A stretch of 63,995 nucleotides of DNA, filler included, from Thelocarpon superellum (lineage: Eukaryota): assembly GCA_026025795.1 (NCBI GenBank). It is 5 parts of 5 records of this genome, joined end to end, with 100 filler letters (N's around TTAATTAATTAA, not from the genome) between each part and the next. Parts side by side here need not be neighbours in the genome. Positions count along the whole stretch, not along the records: positions 1 to 13,001 come from JAPEUG010000469.1; 4 more parts are not named here. One strand, written 5' to 3'. Below are positions 1 through 11,489 of this stretch, piece after piece. A model generated the notes under the pieces. It had not been told where the DNA came from and did no database searches. It saw nothing but the letters and a program-made list of their open reading frames with translations. The position numbers were made by a program, and so were the translations under genes. The first letter of the stretch is position 1. Every line of letters begins with the position of its first letter.

Positions 1-457
1 AGAAACGGGCCCATCCGACACGCAGCTTTTCGTCCGGTATTTCCTGGAGGAGCTGCGGGATCAGATCCGAGGAGGGCCCCCCAAATCCAAGTAAGCGCGA
101 TCGGTAGGCAGAGGTTGGTGTTGGTGGTTGGTCGTTGGCGGCAATCTGGCGTTTTCTGGGATGCATTCGTGCATCCATCCCTTCAGTCCTCTTTCCCCAA
201 ATCCATCTATTTCCGTCTACGATCTCGACACGACTCGTTGAGCGGATGTTCAATTGGGCTTCCTCGACTGAACCTGTGTCATTTGGCCCTCATTCCATCC
301 GTAGAAGGATTCCTGATGCTCCTAACGGCCGGCCGCGTCTAACTTTTGTGCATCGTCGGGCGGACACTGGAGCATACATGCACACGAAAGACCAACACCT
401 CTAAGACCGCGTCACCTTTCCTCCCCCACGTCTTCTCTTCCTTATCTCCACGCTTCC

Positions 458-1101
458 TCACACGTACACTGCCTTGAGACGCACGTCCTCGCAGTTGAGC
501 TGGTTGTACGCCAGGTAGGCGTTGTACCCGCCGCCGCAGAGCTGCCATCGCACACGCCCAGAGCCAATATCCGCCACCAGGTTGCCGTTGCCGTCGAGGG
601 AGATGCTGTCTAGGTCAGTACATGCGGCGTGATCAAGTGAGGGCCTCGAGAGGGGTGGGGGCAAGAGAAGGGGGCGATTTCTCACCCGCTGCTTCCTCCT
701 CCCGACTGCATCGACGCCGAGTACTGGTTCAGGACGAGCTGGGCACCCGAGCTGACCTCCTTCAGCACACCGTTGTCGAGCGTGAAGCGAGAGGCGGCGT
801 ACTGGGCGCCGACGGGGATGAGGTTTTCCGGGCTGGGCTGGGAGGCGTCTGCGGTGGCGTGTTAGTGATCAGCGTCCGATGAAGGCGCGAGAAGAGCGGG
901 GTGCGCACATTCGATCCAGGTGGGGTTCATGATGCCGCGGATCAGCACCTCCTCGGCCTGGAGGACAAAGGTGGAACTGTCGCTTGTGAAGGCGATGTTG
1001 GTGCCGATCGGGCTGCCCAGAGCTGGCGCACTGCTGACATGGCTAGTGAGACTCAGGAGGGAGAGGGAAAGGGAGAGGACGCCGGTGACGGAGAACAACA
1101 T
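458..1101 (-). CDS. Small secreted protein, 3 exons, possibly PhiA/cell-wall-protein-like
   Basis: ATG at 1101 gives a hydrophobic signal peptide (MLFSVTGVLSLSLSLLSLTSHVSSA). Two GT-AG introns with CTAAC/CTGAC branch points (~849-908 and ~606-685) join in frame to ...FTLDNGVL...GISLDGNGNL...WQLC...NCEDVRLKAVYV*. The family call is by resemblance only. Confidence 0.65.
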
Positions 1102-1428
1102 CCTCAGGGATGCGCCACGAAGTGACAGTAACCGGCGAGGATAGATTGTAAGAATATGATACCGTCTACATTCACAGAAGCGGAGAGAGAGAGAGAGAGC
1201 GCGTCGCAGACCTGACCGGGTCGTCATCCAAGACCCGGACCATAGTCCCAGTATATAGCACGTCGTCCGCCGCGAGTGTGACCAGGTGCCGGGCCGAGTC
1301 GGTAGCCAAGGCAGCTTCAAACGGCATCTCCCAGGCCTAGGGGCTACAAATCTCATCGTCGCCACCCATGGGATCAAGCCAAGCCCGGAGAGGTCAAACA
1401 CGGACGTGGCATGCATGGGATCGGGTCG

Positions 1429-2065
1429 TCAAGGCGAGGTGGTATCCGTGGCTTGCCGCCGCGCTCCCCTCGCCTGCTCGATCTTCTGCATCTTCTCGGC
1501 ATTCTTTCCATCGATGATCTCCACCGCCCGCCGAACGCCCTCCAGCTCGCGGTGTCGTCGGTACTGGCAAAATTCGTAGACCACGAAGGAGAGCCCGATG
1601 AAGGTGCCAGCTGCCCAATTGGACGCCGTGGGGATCGGTGCTGTGCCCGAGGTCCGTTAGTCGGGCTCCCACGTGATGACGCGACGATGAAGCGAGGCGG
1701 CCATGACGCCGAATAGGGAAGATGGAAGAAGCTGAACGAGACAAAGCGAAGAGAACATGCATACCTCCGAGTACCGCCCGGATGCCACCCAGGCCAAAGC
1801 CCCCGGATATTCCGAGCAGAAGCGCGTCACGGACGCATGGTTGACGATGCACTCTCTTGAAGTCCTCGAGCTTGATCGTCTTGGCGACCGTGCTCAGGCT
1901 CAGATCCTCCTGTCGTCCGCCCGCCGTATTCTCCGTTCCGCCGGGGAGGGCATTGGCCGACTTGGATGGCGCGGCGAAGGTTTCGTATCGTTTCTGATCC
2001 TGAGTCAATGTGGTGGACGAGGTCGATGACCCAGATGACGGGGGATCTCGCACGTCTCCCGCCAT
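1429..2065 (-). CDS. COX20: Cytochrome c oxidase assembly protein Cox20
   Basis: Motif DFKRVHRQPCVRDALLLGISGGFGLGGIRAVLG, then intron 1641-1764 (GTATGC...CTAAC...CAG), then APIPTASNWAAGTFIGLSFVVYEFCQYRRHRELEGVRRAVEII. Two TM segments, as in Cox20. Confidence 0.9.
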
Positions 2066-2655
2066 GACCAGACACCAGATGGTATGGGAGTCGATGGCGA
2101 GGTTCTCCGCCGGAGATTTGGCGAGATACTGTGACGGCACATGAGTCCACTGCTGCCGTACCCGTACTCGTGCACGCGCGTCCACCACTCCAGCAACTGA
2201 GATGCCTGCCCTTGAGCCTCACCCAAAAGAATGCTACAGTGAGTCTTTACGGAGTGCTTTGGGAGAACAATGGTAAATGATCATCATATACTGACTGCTG
2301 TCTCCCAATCCTCGTTGAATGATTCCCGCTGGTCACGTGCGTAGCCCACGTGATTGGTCCAATTACCGCCGTTGTCAATCCGTGGTAAACTTCGCGTCCC
2401 ACCTGACAGTTACGCGTCGCACCAGAGCGACGTGAGCGCGTGGTGCATACCGTCGGTAGCGATCTGCTACCACCCACATCTCCATCACCTCTATGTGGCA
2501 TGCTCATGCAAAAGGGTCCGCCACGAACCACGCCATTGATCTCGACCCTGCCTATGCTGTGCATATCTTGAACCGTATGGCGAGGCGTCGGTCCATTCCA
2601 GAGTTGCCTGAGACACGCCGGCCGCGGAATTGACGGCTTGTTCCCCGCCCTCAAC

Positions 2656-5600
2656 ATGCCGTCGCGACGCTCCGGCCAGGGCTATCGGCCCTCCCACAAG
2701 GCCCGCCAGGACGAGTTTGGAGCGGGCCGGTTCAACAAGAGTAAGAGCAAGAGCAAGACCTTTGCTTTTGACCCCCAGCGCCCGAATGAGTCAACGTCAC
2801 AGGACGAGAAGATCGAGGCCACCCGACTGGCCAATGCCATCGATGAGTCCATGGGCTTCGCCCGCTACGACTCGGGCAAGCGAAAGGTCGGGTGGCTCTG
2901 CAACATGCACAGTACCACCATCGAGGACGAAAACGTGCCCGGCGGCCGTGCTGGAGTCGACTTTTACTTCCTCGAGGAGGACGGCGGCACCTTCAAGGCC
3001 ACCATCGAATACGAGCCCTACTTCTTGCTGGCCGTCAAGCGCGGCCGCGAGGCCGAGGTCGAGGAATGGCTACGGCGGAAGCTCGAAGGCTTGGTCAAGA
3101 TCTTCAAGCGGGTGGAGAAGGAGGATCTGCAGGTGCCCAATCATCTGGTCGGCTACCGACGCACCTTCCTACAGCTGTCCTTTGCCAACGTGAACGACCT
3201 GTTGGCCGTACGCAAGACCATCATGCCCATCGCGGAGAAGAACAAGAAGAATGTCAAGGCCATGGACACCTATGCTGAGGTCGCCAGTGCGAGCGCCGGC
3301 TTCGACCTCTTCGATGAGATCCCCAATGACGACCCCCGCCAGAACAGGATCGTCGACGCTAGCGATTACATCATCGACATCCGCGAGTTCGACGTCCCCT
3401 ACCACGTTCGGGTGACCATGGACAAGGACGTACGGATTGGGAAATGGTACACGGTCGAGGCTAAGCACGGCGTCACTTCCTTCACCTGCATCGAGGACCG
3501 GCTGCAGCGTGCCGATCCCGTCGTCATGGCCTACGACATCGAGACGACCAAGCTGCCGCTCAAGTTTCCCGACGCCATCATCGACCAGGTCATGATGATC
3601 TCCTATATGATCGACGGCCAAGGCTTCCTCATTACCAATCGCGAGATCGTGGCCGAAGATATCGCCGACTTTGAGTATACCCCTAAGCCCGAGTACGACG
3701 GGCCTTTTCTGGTCTTTAACGAGCCCGATGAGCGCGCCGTACTCGAGCGCTTCTTCCTGCACATCAAGGAAGCCCGGCCAACCGTCATCGCCACCTACAA
3801 CGGCGACTTCTTCGATTGGCCCTTTGTCGAGGCCCGCGCCAGCGTGCTCGGCATCGACATGTACCACGAGATTGGCTTCCGCAAGAACAACGAGGATATC
3901 TACCAGAGCGACTACTGCTCGCACATGGACTGCTTCAGCTGGGTCAAGCGCGACAGCTACCTGCCGCAAGGCAGCCAAGGCCTGAAGGCCGTCACCGTCG
4001 CCAAGCTGGGCTACGACCCCGACGAGCTGGACCCCGAGCTGATGACCCGCTACGCCGCCGAGCGACCGCAGACGCTGGCCGAGTACTCCGTGTCCGACGC
4101 GGTGGCGACCTACTACCTGTACATGAAATACGTTCACCCCTTCGTCTTCTCCCTCTGTACCATCATCCCCCTGAACCCCGACGATGTCCTGCGCAAGGGC
4201 ACCGGCACCCTGTGCGAGATGTTGCTCATGGTGCAGGCCTACCGGAAAGAGATCATCCTCCCCAACAAGCACCAGCCGCCCAAGGAAGCCTTCTGGGACG
4301 GCCATCTCCTCGAGAGCGAGACGTACGTCGGCGGGCACGTCGAGAGTATCGAGGCGGGCGTCTTCCGGAGCGACATTCCCGTCAACTTTACCCTGGACAC
4401 CGGCGCCATCGACGAGCTGCTGCGAGATCTGGATTCCGCCCTGCGCTTCAGCATCGTCGTCGAGGGCAACAAGTCGCTCGACGACATCGCCAACTATGAC
4501 GAGGTCCAGGAGCAGATCGCCGAACGGCTGCGCACCTTGAAGGCCACGCCCAGCCGTCACGAGAAACCGTCCATCTACCATCTTGACGTGGCGTCCATGT
4601 ACCCCAACATCATGACGACCAATCGCCTGCAGCCCGATTCGATGATCTCGGAATCCGACTGTGCCGCGTGCGACTTCAATCGGCCGGGGAAGACGTGTGA
4701 TCGGCGCATGCCCTGGTCCTGGCGTGGCGAGTTCCTACCGGCCAAGCGAGACGAGTACAACATGATCCGGCACGCGCTCGAGAACGAGAAATTCCCCAGT
4801 CGGTGGCCGAACGGCCCCCCACGCACCTTCCACGACCTCGGCGACGACGAGCAGGCGGCGCTGGTGAAGAAGCGGCTGCAGGACTACAGCAAGAAGATCT
4901 ACCACAAGATCCACGACACGCGGACCATCGAGCGCGAGGCGATCATCTGCCAGCGCGAGAACCCCTTCTACGTTGACACGGTGCGCGACTTCCGGAACCG
5001 GCGATACGACTTCAAGGGCCAGCAGAAGGTGTGGAAGAACAAGACGGAGGCGCTGCGGTCGTCGGGCGCGCCGGCGCTGGAGGTGGAGGAGGCCAAGAAG
5101 ATGGTAGTGGTGTTCGACTCGCTCCAGCTGGCGCACAAGGTCATTCTCAACAGCTTCTACGGCTACGTCATGCGCAAGGGCTCGCGCTGGTACTCCATGG
5201 AGATGGCCGGCGTCACCTGCCTGACGGGCGCGCACATCATCCAGATGGCGCGACAGCTAGTGGAGCGCATCGGCCGGCCCCTCGAGCTGGACACGGATGG
5301 TATCTGGTGCATCCTCCCCGCCACCTTCCCCGAGAACTTCGTCTTCACCCTCAAGGGCGGCAAGAAGCTGCCCATCTCCTACCCCTGCGTCATGCTCAAC
5401 CACCTGGTCCACGCTCGCTTCACCAACGACCAGTATCAGACTCTGGCCGACCCGACGACCTTTCGCTACGAGACGACGAGCGACAACTCCATCTTCTTCG
5501 AGGTGGACGGCCCCTATCGGGCCATGATCCTGCCGACGTCCAAGGAGGAGGATAAGAATCTGAAGAAGCGCTATGCCGTCTTCAACCACGACGGGAGCCT

Positions 5601-8600
5601 GGCGGAGCTCAAGGGCTTCGAGGTCAAGCGGCGCGGCGAGCTCAAGCTCATCAAGATCTTCCAGCAGCAGATCTTCAAGTTCTTCCTTGAGGGCTCCACC
5701 CTGGCCGAGACGTACGGCGCCGTGGCGCGCGTGGCCAACCGCTGGCTGGACGTGCTGCATCAGCATGGGTCGACGTTGGCGGACGAGGAGCTCATCGATC
5801 TCATCTGCGAAAACCGGAGCATGTCCAAGACGCTGGAGGAATATGGCGCGCAGAAGTCGACGAGCATCACCACGGCCAAGCGGCTGGCGGCCTTCTTGGG
5901 CGAGCAGATGACCAAGGACAAGGGGCTGAACTGCAAGTACATCATCTCCGCCCGGCCCAAGCACGCCCCCGTCACCGAGCGCGCCATCCCCGTCGCCATC
6001 TTCTCCGCCGACGAGCCCGTGCGACGCTTCTTCCTGCGGAAGTGGCTCAAGGAAGATCCGGGCGACATGGACCCGCGCAGCCTCATCGACTGGGACTACT
6101 ATCTGGACCGGCTGGGGTCGGTGGTGCAGAAGCTCATCACCATCCCGGCCGCGCTGCAGAAGGTGCGCAACCCCGTGCCGCGCGTCGCCCATCCCGACTG
6201 GCTGCAGCGGCGCATCAACGCCAAGGACGACCGGTTCAAGCAGAAGAAGGTGACGGACCACTTCAGCAAGCAGGCCTTGGCTGAGATTCCCAACGTGCTC
6301 GACCATCGCCTGCCCGATCTGGAGGACTTTGGATCCTCCCCGATGGCCCCGATGGCCCCGATGGCCCCGATGGCCCCGATGGCCCTGGCCAAGGCCAAGA
6401 CCGGTACCGTCACCCGCATGGTGCAGAAACGCAAGGCGCCGGAGCTCGGGGCGGCCACCGTGGCGAATCTCGACCCGTATGCGCGCCTTCCAGCACACAT
6501 GCCGTCGCTCACCGAGGACTACCAGGGCTGGCTGCGGTACCAGAAGCAGAAGTGGAAGATCCAACGGCAAGCGCGCACGCGGCGACGGCAGCTGTTTGGG
6601 GAGCGCAGCCAGGTGGCGACGGATACGCTGGGGAGCCTGTTCCGCAACCAAGCCGAGCTGCTGTACCGCAGCACGTGGCAGGTGCTCCAGCTGCGGGAGA
6701 CCGAGATGCCGGGCGAAGTGCGGGCGTTTGTGCTCATCGACAAGAAGGTGCACGCGCTGAAGGTGGTGGTGCCGCGCCAGGTCTTCATCAACCTGACGAG
6801 CGAGCGCCTGCCGGACGTGGAGATCAAGGGATGCACGGTGGAGCCGGTGCATCACACGTTGCCCAACGGACACCCGTCGGTCCATCTGTTTCAGGTGACC
6901 ATGGCCGAGGACGTGTACATCCGCGAGGGCAAGAAGCTGGCCCATTTGTTCAACCACCCCAGCGTGGAGGGGGTGTACGAGAAGCACGTCCCGCTCAGCG
7001 TCCGGGCGGTGCTCGAACTGGGCAGCCTCTGCACCTTTGATGAGACGCAGGCGGGCGTGCTCGGCAAGGGGCTGGAGCACGGCTTCGACCTATCGGCCCT
7101 GCGCGCCGCGCCGGCGTCGGAGCCGTATCTGTCACAATCGCCCTTGTCCTACCTCTTCCTCTACCACGTCGTCGCGGCCGGCGATCGGCAGGTGTTTGCC
7201 CTCTTCTCGACGACGCAGGCGCGGGCCCACCTCATCGTGCTCACGCGGACACGCGAGGCTCATGGCCTTCCCAACGTCGACAAGGTCTACGACGAGCTCC
7301 GCTTGCGCCGGATGCAGGAAGCGGGTGCGGCGTCGTGGCAGACGTGCTTTGCGTACCAGGAGAAGCTGCAGTTCCAGACGACGCAGGTGACGACGAAGCG
7401 CAAGGCCTACCTCGAGCTCGGCGATCTAGTGCGGAAGATGCGCAGCGATGAGGCGCAGGCTCTCATGCTGGTGGTGCAATCGCCGCAGACGCGGATGCTC
7501 ATGCACGACGTGCCGGTGCTGCAGGAGTTTCCCGCACTCTCGTTACGGCCGCAGTCGGCGGATGCAAATCTCCCGGCGCTCGGGTGGCAGACGTTCGTGG
7601 CCCGGCGCGTCGTGACGCATTACCTCGCGCTGGGGTCGTGGATCTCGCATCTGGTGGAGCTGGCGCGGTACGGCGACATCCCGGTGTGCAACCTCGAGCG
7701 CGACGACCCACGCTTCTTGATCGATGTGGCCTACGCCCGCCGCCTGCAGAAGAGCAACGTCATCCTCTGGTGGTCGGCGGGCCCGCTGCCGGACCACGCG
7801 GGATACGAGAAGGACGACATCCTCGGCGCAATGGAGACGGTGGAGATGCCGTCGATCAACCACCCTGGCACCTACTCGTCAGTGTGCATCGAGCTGGACA
7901 TTCGGAACCTGGCCATCAACACGATCCTGACGTCGTCGCTGATCAACGAGCTCGAAGGGAGCGAGGCGGTCTCGATGAACCCGGCCGCGCTGGCGGCGGA
8001 CGACGAGGCGGGCGAGGGCGGGCAGGTGCTGTACGCGGACAAGGCGTTCGCGTCGGCGGGCATCGCAGTGCTGCGCGAGATGGTCAAGGCGTGGTGGACG
8101 GAGGCGTGCAAGGGGAGCGGCATGGCGGACATCATGGTGCAGCACCTGGTGCGATGGGTGGGCCGGCCCGACTCCTTCCTCTACGACCGGTCGCTGCACT
8201 ACTACGTGCAGATGATGTCGCGCAAGGCGCTGCAGCAGATGATGACGGACTTTCGCCACGTCGGGTCGCAGGTCATCTTCGCCTCGGCCACGCGGCTGCT
8301 GCTGCAGACGTCCAAGGCCGAGGTGGGCAACGCGTACGCGTACAGCCAGTACATGATCAAGTCGATCAAGGCCAAGCCATTATTCCACTTCCTGGATCTC
8401 GAGATCAAGGAGTACTGGGACTATCTAGTATGGTACGACGCCTTCAACTACGGCGGCAAGGCCTGCCAGGAGGTGGTGGAAGCGTCGAAGCAGACGCTGG
8501 ACTGCATCATGCACTGGCAGATGGCCACCTTCCTCCCCGCCCCCCTACAGCCGGTCTTCCACGAGTGGGTGGTGGCCTTTGTCGACATGATGCACGGGCT

Positions 8601-9438
8601 CAAGCACGCTACGCGGGCCGACGCGGCGCACGACGGCCCTCCGCGGCCGACCCAGCTCGCGTTCAAGTCGATGACGGACGACGAGCCGGCGACACAGCTG
8701 GTGCTTAGCAAGAGCTTTGAAAGGGGGCTCAAGAAGCAGATCGGGGGGTTGGTGCGTCGCCAAGCGGCCGAGATGCACCACCCGGAGCTGGCCGCCGACC
8801 ACGTGTTTCCCGTGCTCGCGGGTTCGCACCAGACACTCACCAACGGCGCGCTGGAGCTGGTCAAGGGGCTGATGCAAGTGCTGAGCCTGGACCGGGCCAT
8901 CACGCTCGAGGCGCGGCTCCTGCGCCGCGAGCTGCTGGCGCTGTTTGACATTCGCGAGTTCAGCGCGGACGCGACCTTTGTGAACCCTAGCGAGAGTCTG
9001 CCCCTCACGCAGGTCATCTGTGACGCGTGTACCATGGCACGGGACCTGGATCTATGTCGCGATGAGGACCTGCTGCCGTCCGTGTCGGCCTCGGACGCTG
9101 ACTCCGCCGCCGCGAACCCCGGAGCCAATCCGGCCGGCCGCCCCTGGCGCTGCCCGACATGTGGACACGAACAAGACCAACTGAGCATCGAAGAGCGGCT
9201 GGTGGCGCAGGTCTCGGCGCTGGTAGTGCGGTGGACGACGCAGGACGTGCAGTGCGGCAAGTGTCATCGCGTGCGCGTCAACGACTTCATGGAGCACTGC
9301 TCCTGTAGCGGCGAGTGGGTGGCCACATTGAGCCGGGCGACGCTGGAGAAACGACTCCGCGTGTATGCCACCGTGGCGGGCGCATATGGTTTACGCATGT
9401 TGAGTGATGTGGTGGGTGGGGTGCTGGGGTCCATCTGA
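2656..9438 (+). CDS. POL2: DNA polymerase epsilon catalytic subunit, single exon
   Basis: 2260-aa ORF with ExoI YDIETTKLPLKFPD, motif A DVASMYPNIM, ELDTDG and ELKGFE, and C-terminal CysA (CDAC...CPTC) and CysB (CGKC...CSC) motifs. Confidence 0.98.
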   Translation: MPSRRSGQGYRPSHKARQDEFGAGRFNKSKSKSKTFAFDPQRPNESTSQDEKIEATRLANAIDESMGFARYDSGKRKVGWLCNMHSTTIEDENVPGGRAGVDFYFLEEDGGTFKATIEYEPYFLLAVKRGREAEVEEWLRRKLEGLVKIFKRVEKEDLQVPNHLVGYRRTFLQLSFANVNDLLAVRKTIMPIAEKNKKNVKAMDTYAEVASASAGFDLFDEIPNDDPRQNRIVDASDYIIDIREFDVPYHVRVTMDKDVRIGKWYTVEAKHGVTSFTCIEDRLQRADPVVMAYDIETTKLPLKFPDAIIDQVMMISYMIDGQGFLITNREIVAEDIADFEYTPKPEYDGPFLVFNEPDERAVLERFFLHIKEARPTVIATYNGDFFDWPFVEARASVLGIDMYHEIGFRKNNEDIYQSDYCSHMDCFSWVKRDSYLPQGSQGLKAVTVAKLGYDPDELDPELMTRYAAERPQTLAEYSVSDAVATYYLYMKYVHPFVFSLCTIIPLNPDDVLRKGTGTLCEMLLMVQAYRKEIILPNKHQPPKEAFWDGHLLESETYVGGHVESIEAGVFRSDIPVNFTLDTGAIDELLRDLDSALRFSIVVEGNKSLDDIANYDEVQEQIAERLRTLKATPSRHEKPSIYHLDVASMYPNIMTTNRLQPDSMISESDCAACDFNRPGKTCDRRMPWSWRGEFLPAKRDEYNMIRHALENEKFPSRWPNGPPRTFHDLGDDEQAALVKKRLQDYSKKIYHKIHDTRTIEREAIICQRENPFYVDTVRDFRNRRYDFKGQQKVWKNKTEALRSSGAPALEVEEAKKMVVVFDSLQLAHKVILNSFYGYVMRKGSRWYSMEMAGVTCLTGAHIIQMARQLVERIGRPLELDTDGIWCILPATFPENFVFTLKGGKKLPISYPCVMLNHLVHARFTNDQYQTLADPTTFRYETTSDNSIFFEVDGPYRAMILPTSKEEDKNLKKRYAVFNHDGSLAELKGFEVKRRGELKLIKIFQQQIFKFFLEGSTLAETYGAVARVANRWLDVLHQHGSTLADEELIDLICENRSMSKTLEEYGAQKSTSITTAKRLAAFLGEQMTKDKGLNCKYIISARPKHAPVTERAIPVAIFSADEPVRRFFLRKWLKEDPGDMDPRSLIDWDYYLDRLGSVVQKLITIPAALQKVRNPVPRVAHPDWLQRRINAKDDRFKQKKVTDHFSKQALAEIPNVLDHRLPDLEDFGSSPMAPMAPMAPMAPMALAKAKTGTVTRMVQKRKAPELGAATVANLDPYARLPAHMPSLTEDYQGWLRYQKQKWKIQRQARTRRRQLFGERSQVATDTLGSLFRNQAELLYRSTWQVLQLRETEMPGEVRAFVLIDKKVHALKVVVPRQVFINLTSERLPDVEIKGCTVEPVHHTLPNGHPSVHLFQVTMAEDVYIREGKKLAHLFNHPSVEGVYEKHVPLSVRAVLELGSLCTFDETQAGVLGKGLEHGFDLSALRAAPASEPYLSQSPLSYLFLYHVVAAGDRQVFALFSTTQARAHLIVLTRTREAHGLPNVDKVYDELRLRRMQEAGAASWQTCFAYQEKLQFQTTQVTTKRKAYLELGDLVRKMRSDEAQALMLVVQSPQTRMLMHDVPVLQEFPALSLRPQSADANLPALGWQTFVARRVVTHYLALGSWISHLVELARYGDIPVCNLERDDPRFLIDVAYARRLQKSNVILWWSAGPLPDHAGYEKDDILGAMETVEMPSINHPGTYSSVCIELDIRNLAINTILTSSLINELEGSEAVSMNPAALAADDEAGEGGQVLYADKAFASAGIAVLREMVKAWWTEACKGSGMADIMVQHLVRWVGRPDSFLYDRSLHYYVQMMSRKALQQMMTDFRHVGSQVIFASATRLLLQTSKAEVGNAYAYSQYMIKSIKAKPLFHFLDLEIKEYWDYLVWYDAFNYGGKACQEVVEASKQTLDCIMHWQMATFLPAPLQPVFHEWVVAFVDMMHGLKHATRADAAHDGPPRPTQLAFKSMTDDEPATQLVLSKSFERGLKKQIGGLVRRQAAEMHHPELAADHVFPVLAGSHQTLTNGALELVKGLMQVLSLDRAITLEARLLRRELLALFDIREFSADATFVNPSESLPLTQVICDACTMARDLDLCRDEDLLPSVSASDADSAAANPGANPAGRPWRCPTCGHEQDQLSIEERLVAQVSALVVRWTTQDVQCGKCHRVRVNDFMEHCSCSGEWVATLSRATLEKRLRVYATVAGAYGLRMLSDVVGGVLGSI
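6340..6384 (+). repeat. Coding minisatellite (CCGATGGCC)x5 encoding PMA x5 inside POL2
   Basis: Five tandem 9-nt units read directly from the sequence. Confidence 0.95.
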
Positions 9439-9453
9439 GAGGAGCGGCATATT

Positions 9454-9513
9454 AACGACGAAGATGAAGATGGCGATGATGATGATGACGATGATGACGA
9501 CGATGATGACGAT
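9454..9513 (+). repeat. (GAT/GAC)n trinucleotide microsatellite downstream of the POL2 stop
   Basis: Run gatgatgatgatgacgatgatgacgacgatgatgacgat. Confidence 0.9.
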
Positions 9514-11489
9514 GTATATAATGTTCGCGAGGATGCCTTCTTCGGCCTGATAGACGCGGCGCTTGAGATGTCTGTACAGTCACGGGTGGATAAGGCGACA
9601 GAAAAGAGAATCCCATCAAAACGCGACACACGCCTCGGGCGGTGAGGAGTGCCGAGGATGGAAGAATATTCGGGGAGCGTGCTTGATCCTTTACCACACT
9701 TCCCGGCTTGTGGAGGGACGCTGGAGGCGGAGAAGGAGCTGCAGCATGACGGGATCGTCAATTCTCACATGTCGAGATCAGCACCGGTGACGGATCACAC
9801 GATATGCACCTTTATGCAGCTGCACAGGATCTCCAGCGTCTGGGGCATCCCCTCCCTCCGTTCGAGCCGAACGAGTCACGTCAAAGACGGGCGTCTGGCG
9901 TGGCTCTCATGACAGTACGGAGTAAGAGCTGGCAACCTATCCTGTGGCCTTACGAATAGTCGAGCAGTGGCGCAGGCTGCGAGCATCACACCGGCTGCGG
10001 CAGTGTAAAGTCACGTGAGATGCCTTCTGTCCGACAAAGCTCGGCCTCGACCTCATGTCCAGCAACCCGACCTCCACCCTCCGACGCCCGCTGGCGCTGA
10101 TTTTCCAGATCGAACCGTCATGACCCTGCAGACCACGCGTATCGAGCCACGAGGACCTCCAGCCGATCCCCAGATTCATACTAATCCATTTCCATCGCTG
10201 CTGTGACGGAGATGACTCTCCAATCGTGTGCTGGTCCGGCGCCGGGTCCGTGCTGTCATGGAGCCGAGCCGCCTCATGATCGCTACGAGTGCTCGTAGAC
10301 AGGTCCAATCCTTCCTGCCTGTCGCGACCCACCGGCTGCCCCAAGCACCCAGCCCCAACATGGCGTCCCTGCCAAGAGGAACGGTGCGGCTGTGGGGAGG
10401 GAGGACGCGGTGACCAGGATTGGTTTCATCATCCAAACGTTGACATGGACATCGTCGGTGGGGATCGACGTGCTGTGCCCACATGGCAGCATGTGGAGGA
10501 GGCTCGTCCGTGACTGCGCTCGTCCTCGCTTGTGTCCTTTGTCGCTCTGCCGCGCGTGCTAAGCGATCGTCGGACAGGAGGATCCAGCTCCACCACGGCA
10601 CCAGCTCCATCGTGGCCGGATCCTCGATGGGCGTGCGGCCGGTCCTTGATGATCGTCATGCCGCCCGGTTGCCACGAGCAGAATGACAGCTCGACGTGCC
10701 CGGTGATCCGTGCGCGAGGAGGGTCCCGATGGTCCCGGTGGTCCCGGTGGTCCCAGCGACGGCGGGTGACAGGAGCACAAGCATCGCACGCTCCCCATGT
10801 CTCGCTTCGCGGGGCAGGTCAGGAAGGGGAATCGTCTCTTCGGCTGAAGCAGCACATAGCCGCCCTCCCGAACCTTCCTCCACCTCCATCCACCTTCGTC
10901 CACCAGTCCTTCGCTCTAGGCAGGCGTAGCGCCACGGTGGGCTCCAAGATGGACGTGATGATTTGCCCACGCTCCCATCCTAGCTTCTCTTACTGCTTCA
11001 TCTTAACGCTTCCTGTGTCCGTCCTGTGACCGAGGATCCGCCTGCCCGCTACCTTTGGTCGCCTCCGCGTTCGGCACTGTCACCCTACACACCGTGCACA
11101 GCATGCACCGTGCCATTCCTCCGCACCCCGACGAGCTAACAGAAGAGGACAGGGTCAGGCGCCAATCAGGTCGGATCTGGCTGCTGCCATGGCATCCCCA
11201 CCGCCTGGTATTGACAAGGTTTCCTTTGTTTCAACCTCCCGTTGTCCCGCCCCCGGCGCCGTGATAATGTCACCCGTCTTGAAATGTTTCCCCCCTCTTT
11301 CTGTGTCGGCCGTCTTTTCCCGTCTCGTCCGGGTCGAGGCCGTGTACATAAGAACGGCGGGCCACGAGGCGCGTCGGTGTTCGGACGCCTCTCCACGCCT
11401 TGCTACATGGGACGGACACGGGTCTCTGAGCGTGAGCGGATTCGAATAGCAACAAAGGCCGTTCCAGCAGCATTCGCAGTCGATGAGCC

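Noticed and set aside
3169..7080. Long antisense ORFs (470 and 607 aa) opposite POL2
   Set aside because: Shadow ORFs produced by strong GC3 codon bias on the coding strand, with no motifs of their own.
10559..10903. ORF with collagen-like GPPGPPGPSGP
   Set aside because: Arises from a short 9-nt tandem repeat (GGTCCCGGT) in intergenic DNA, with no other support for a gene.
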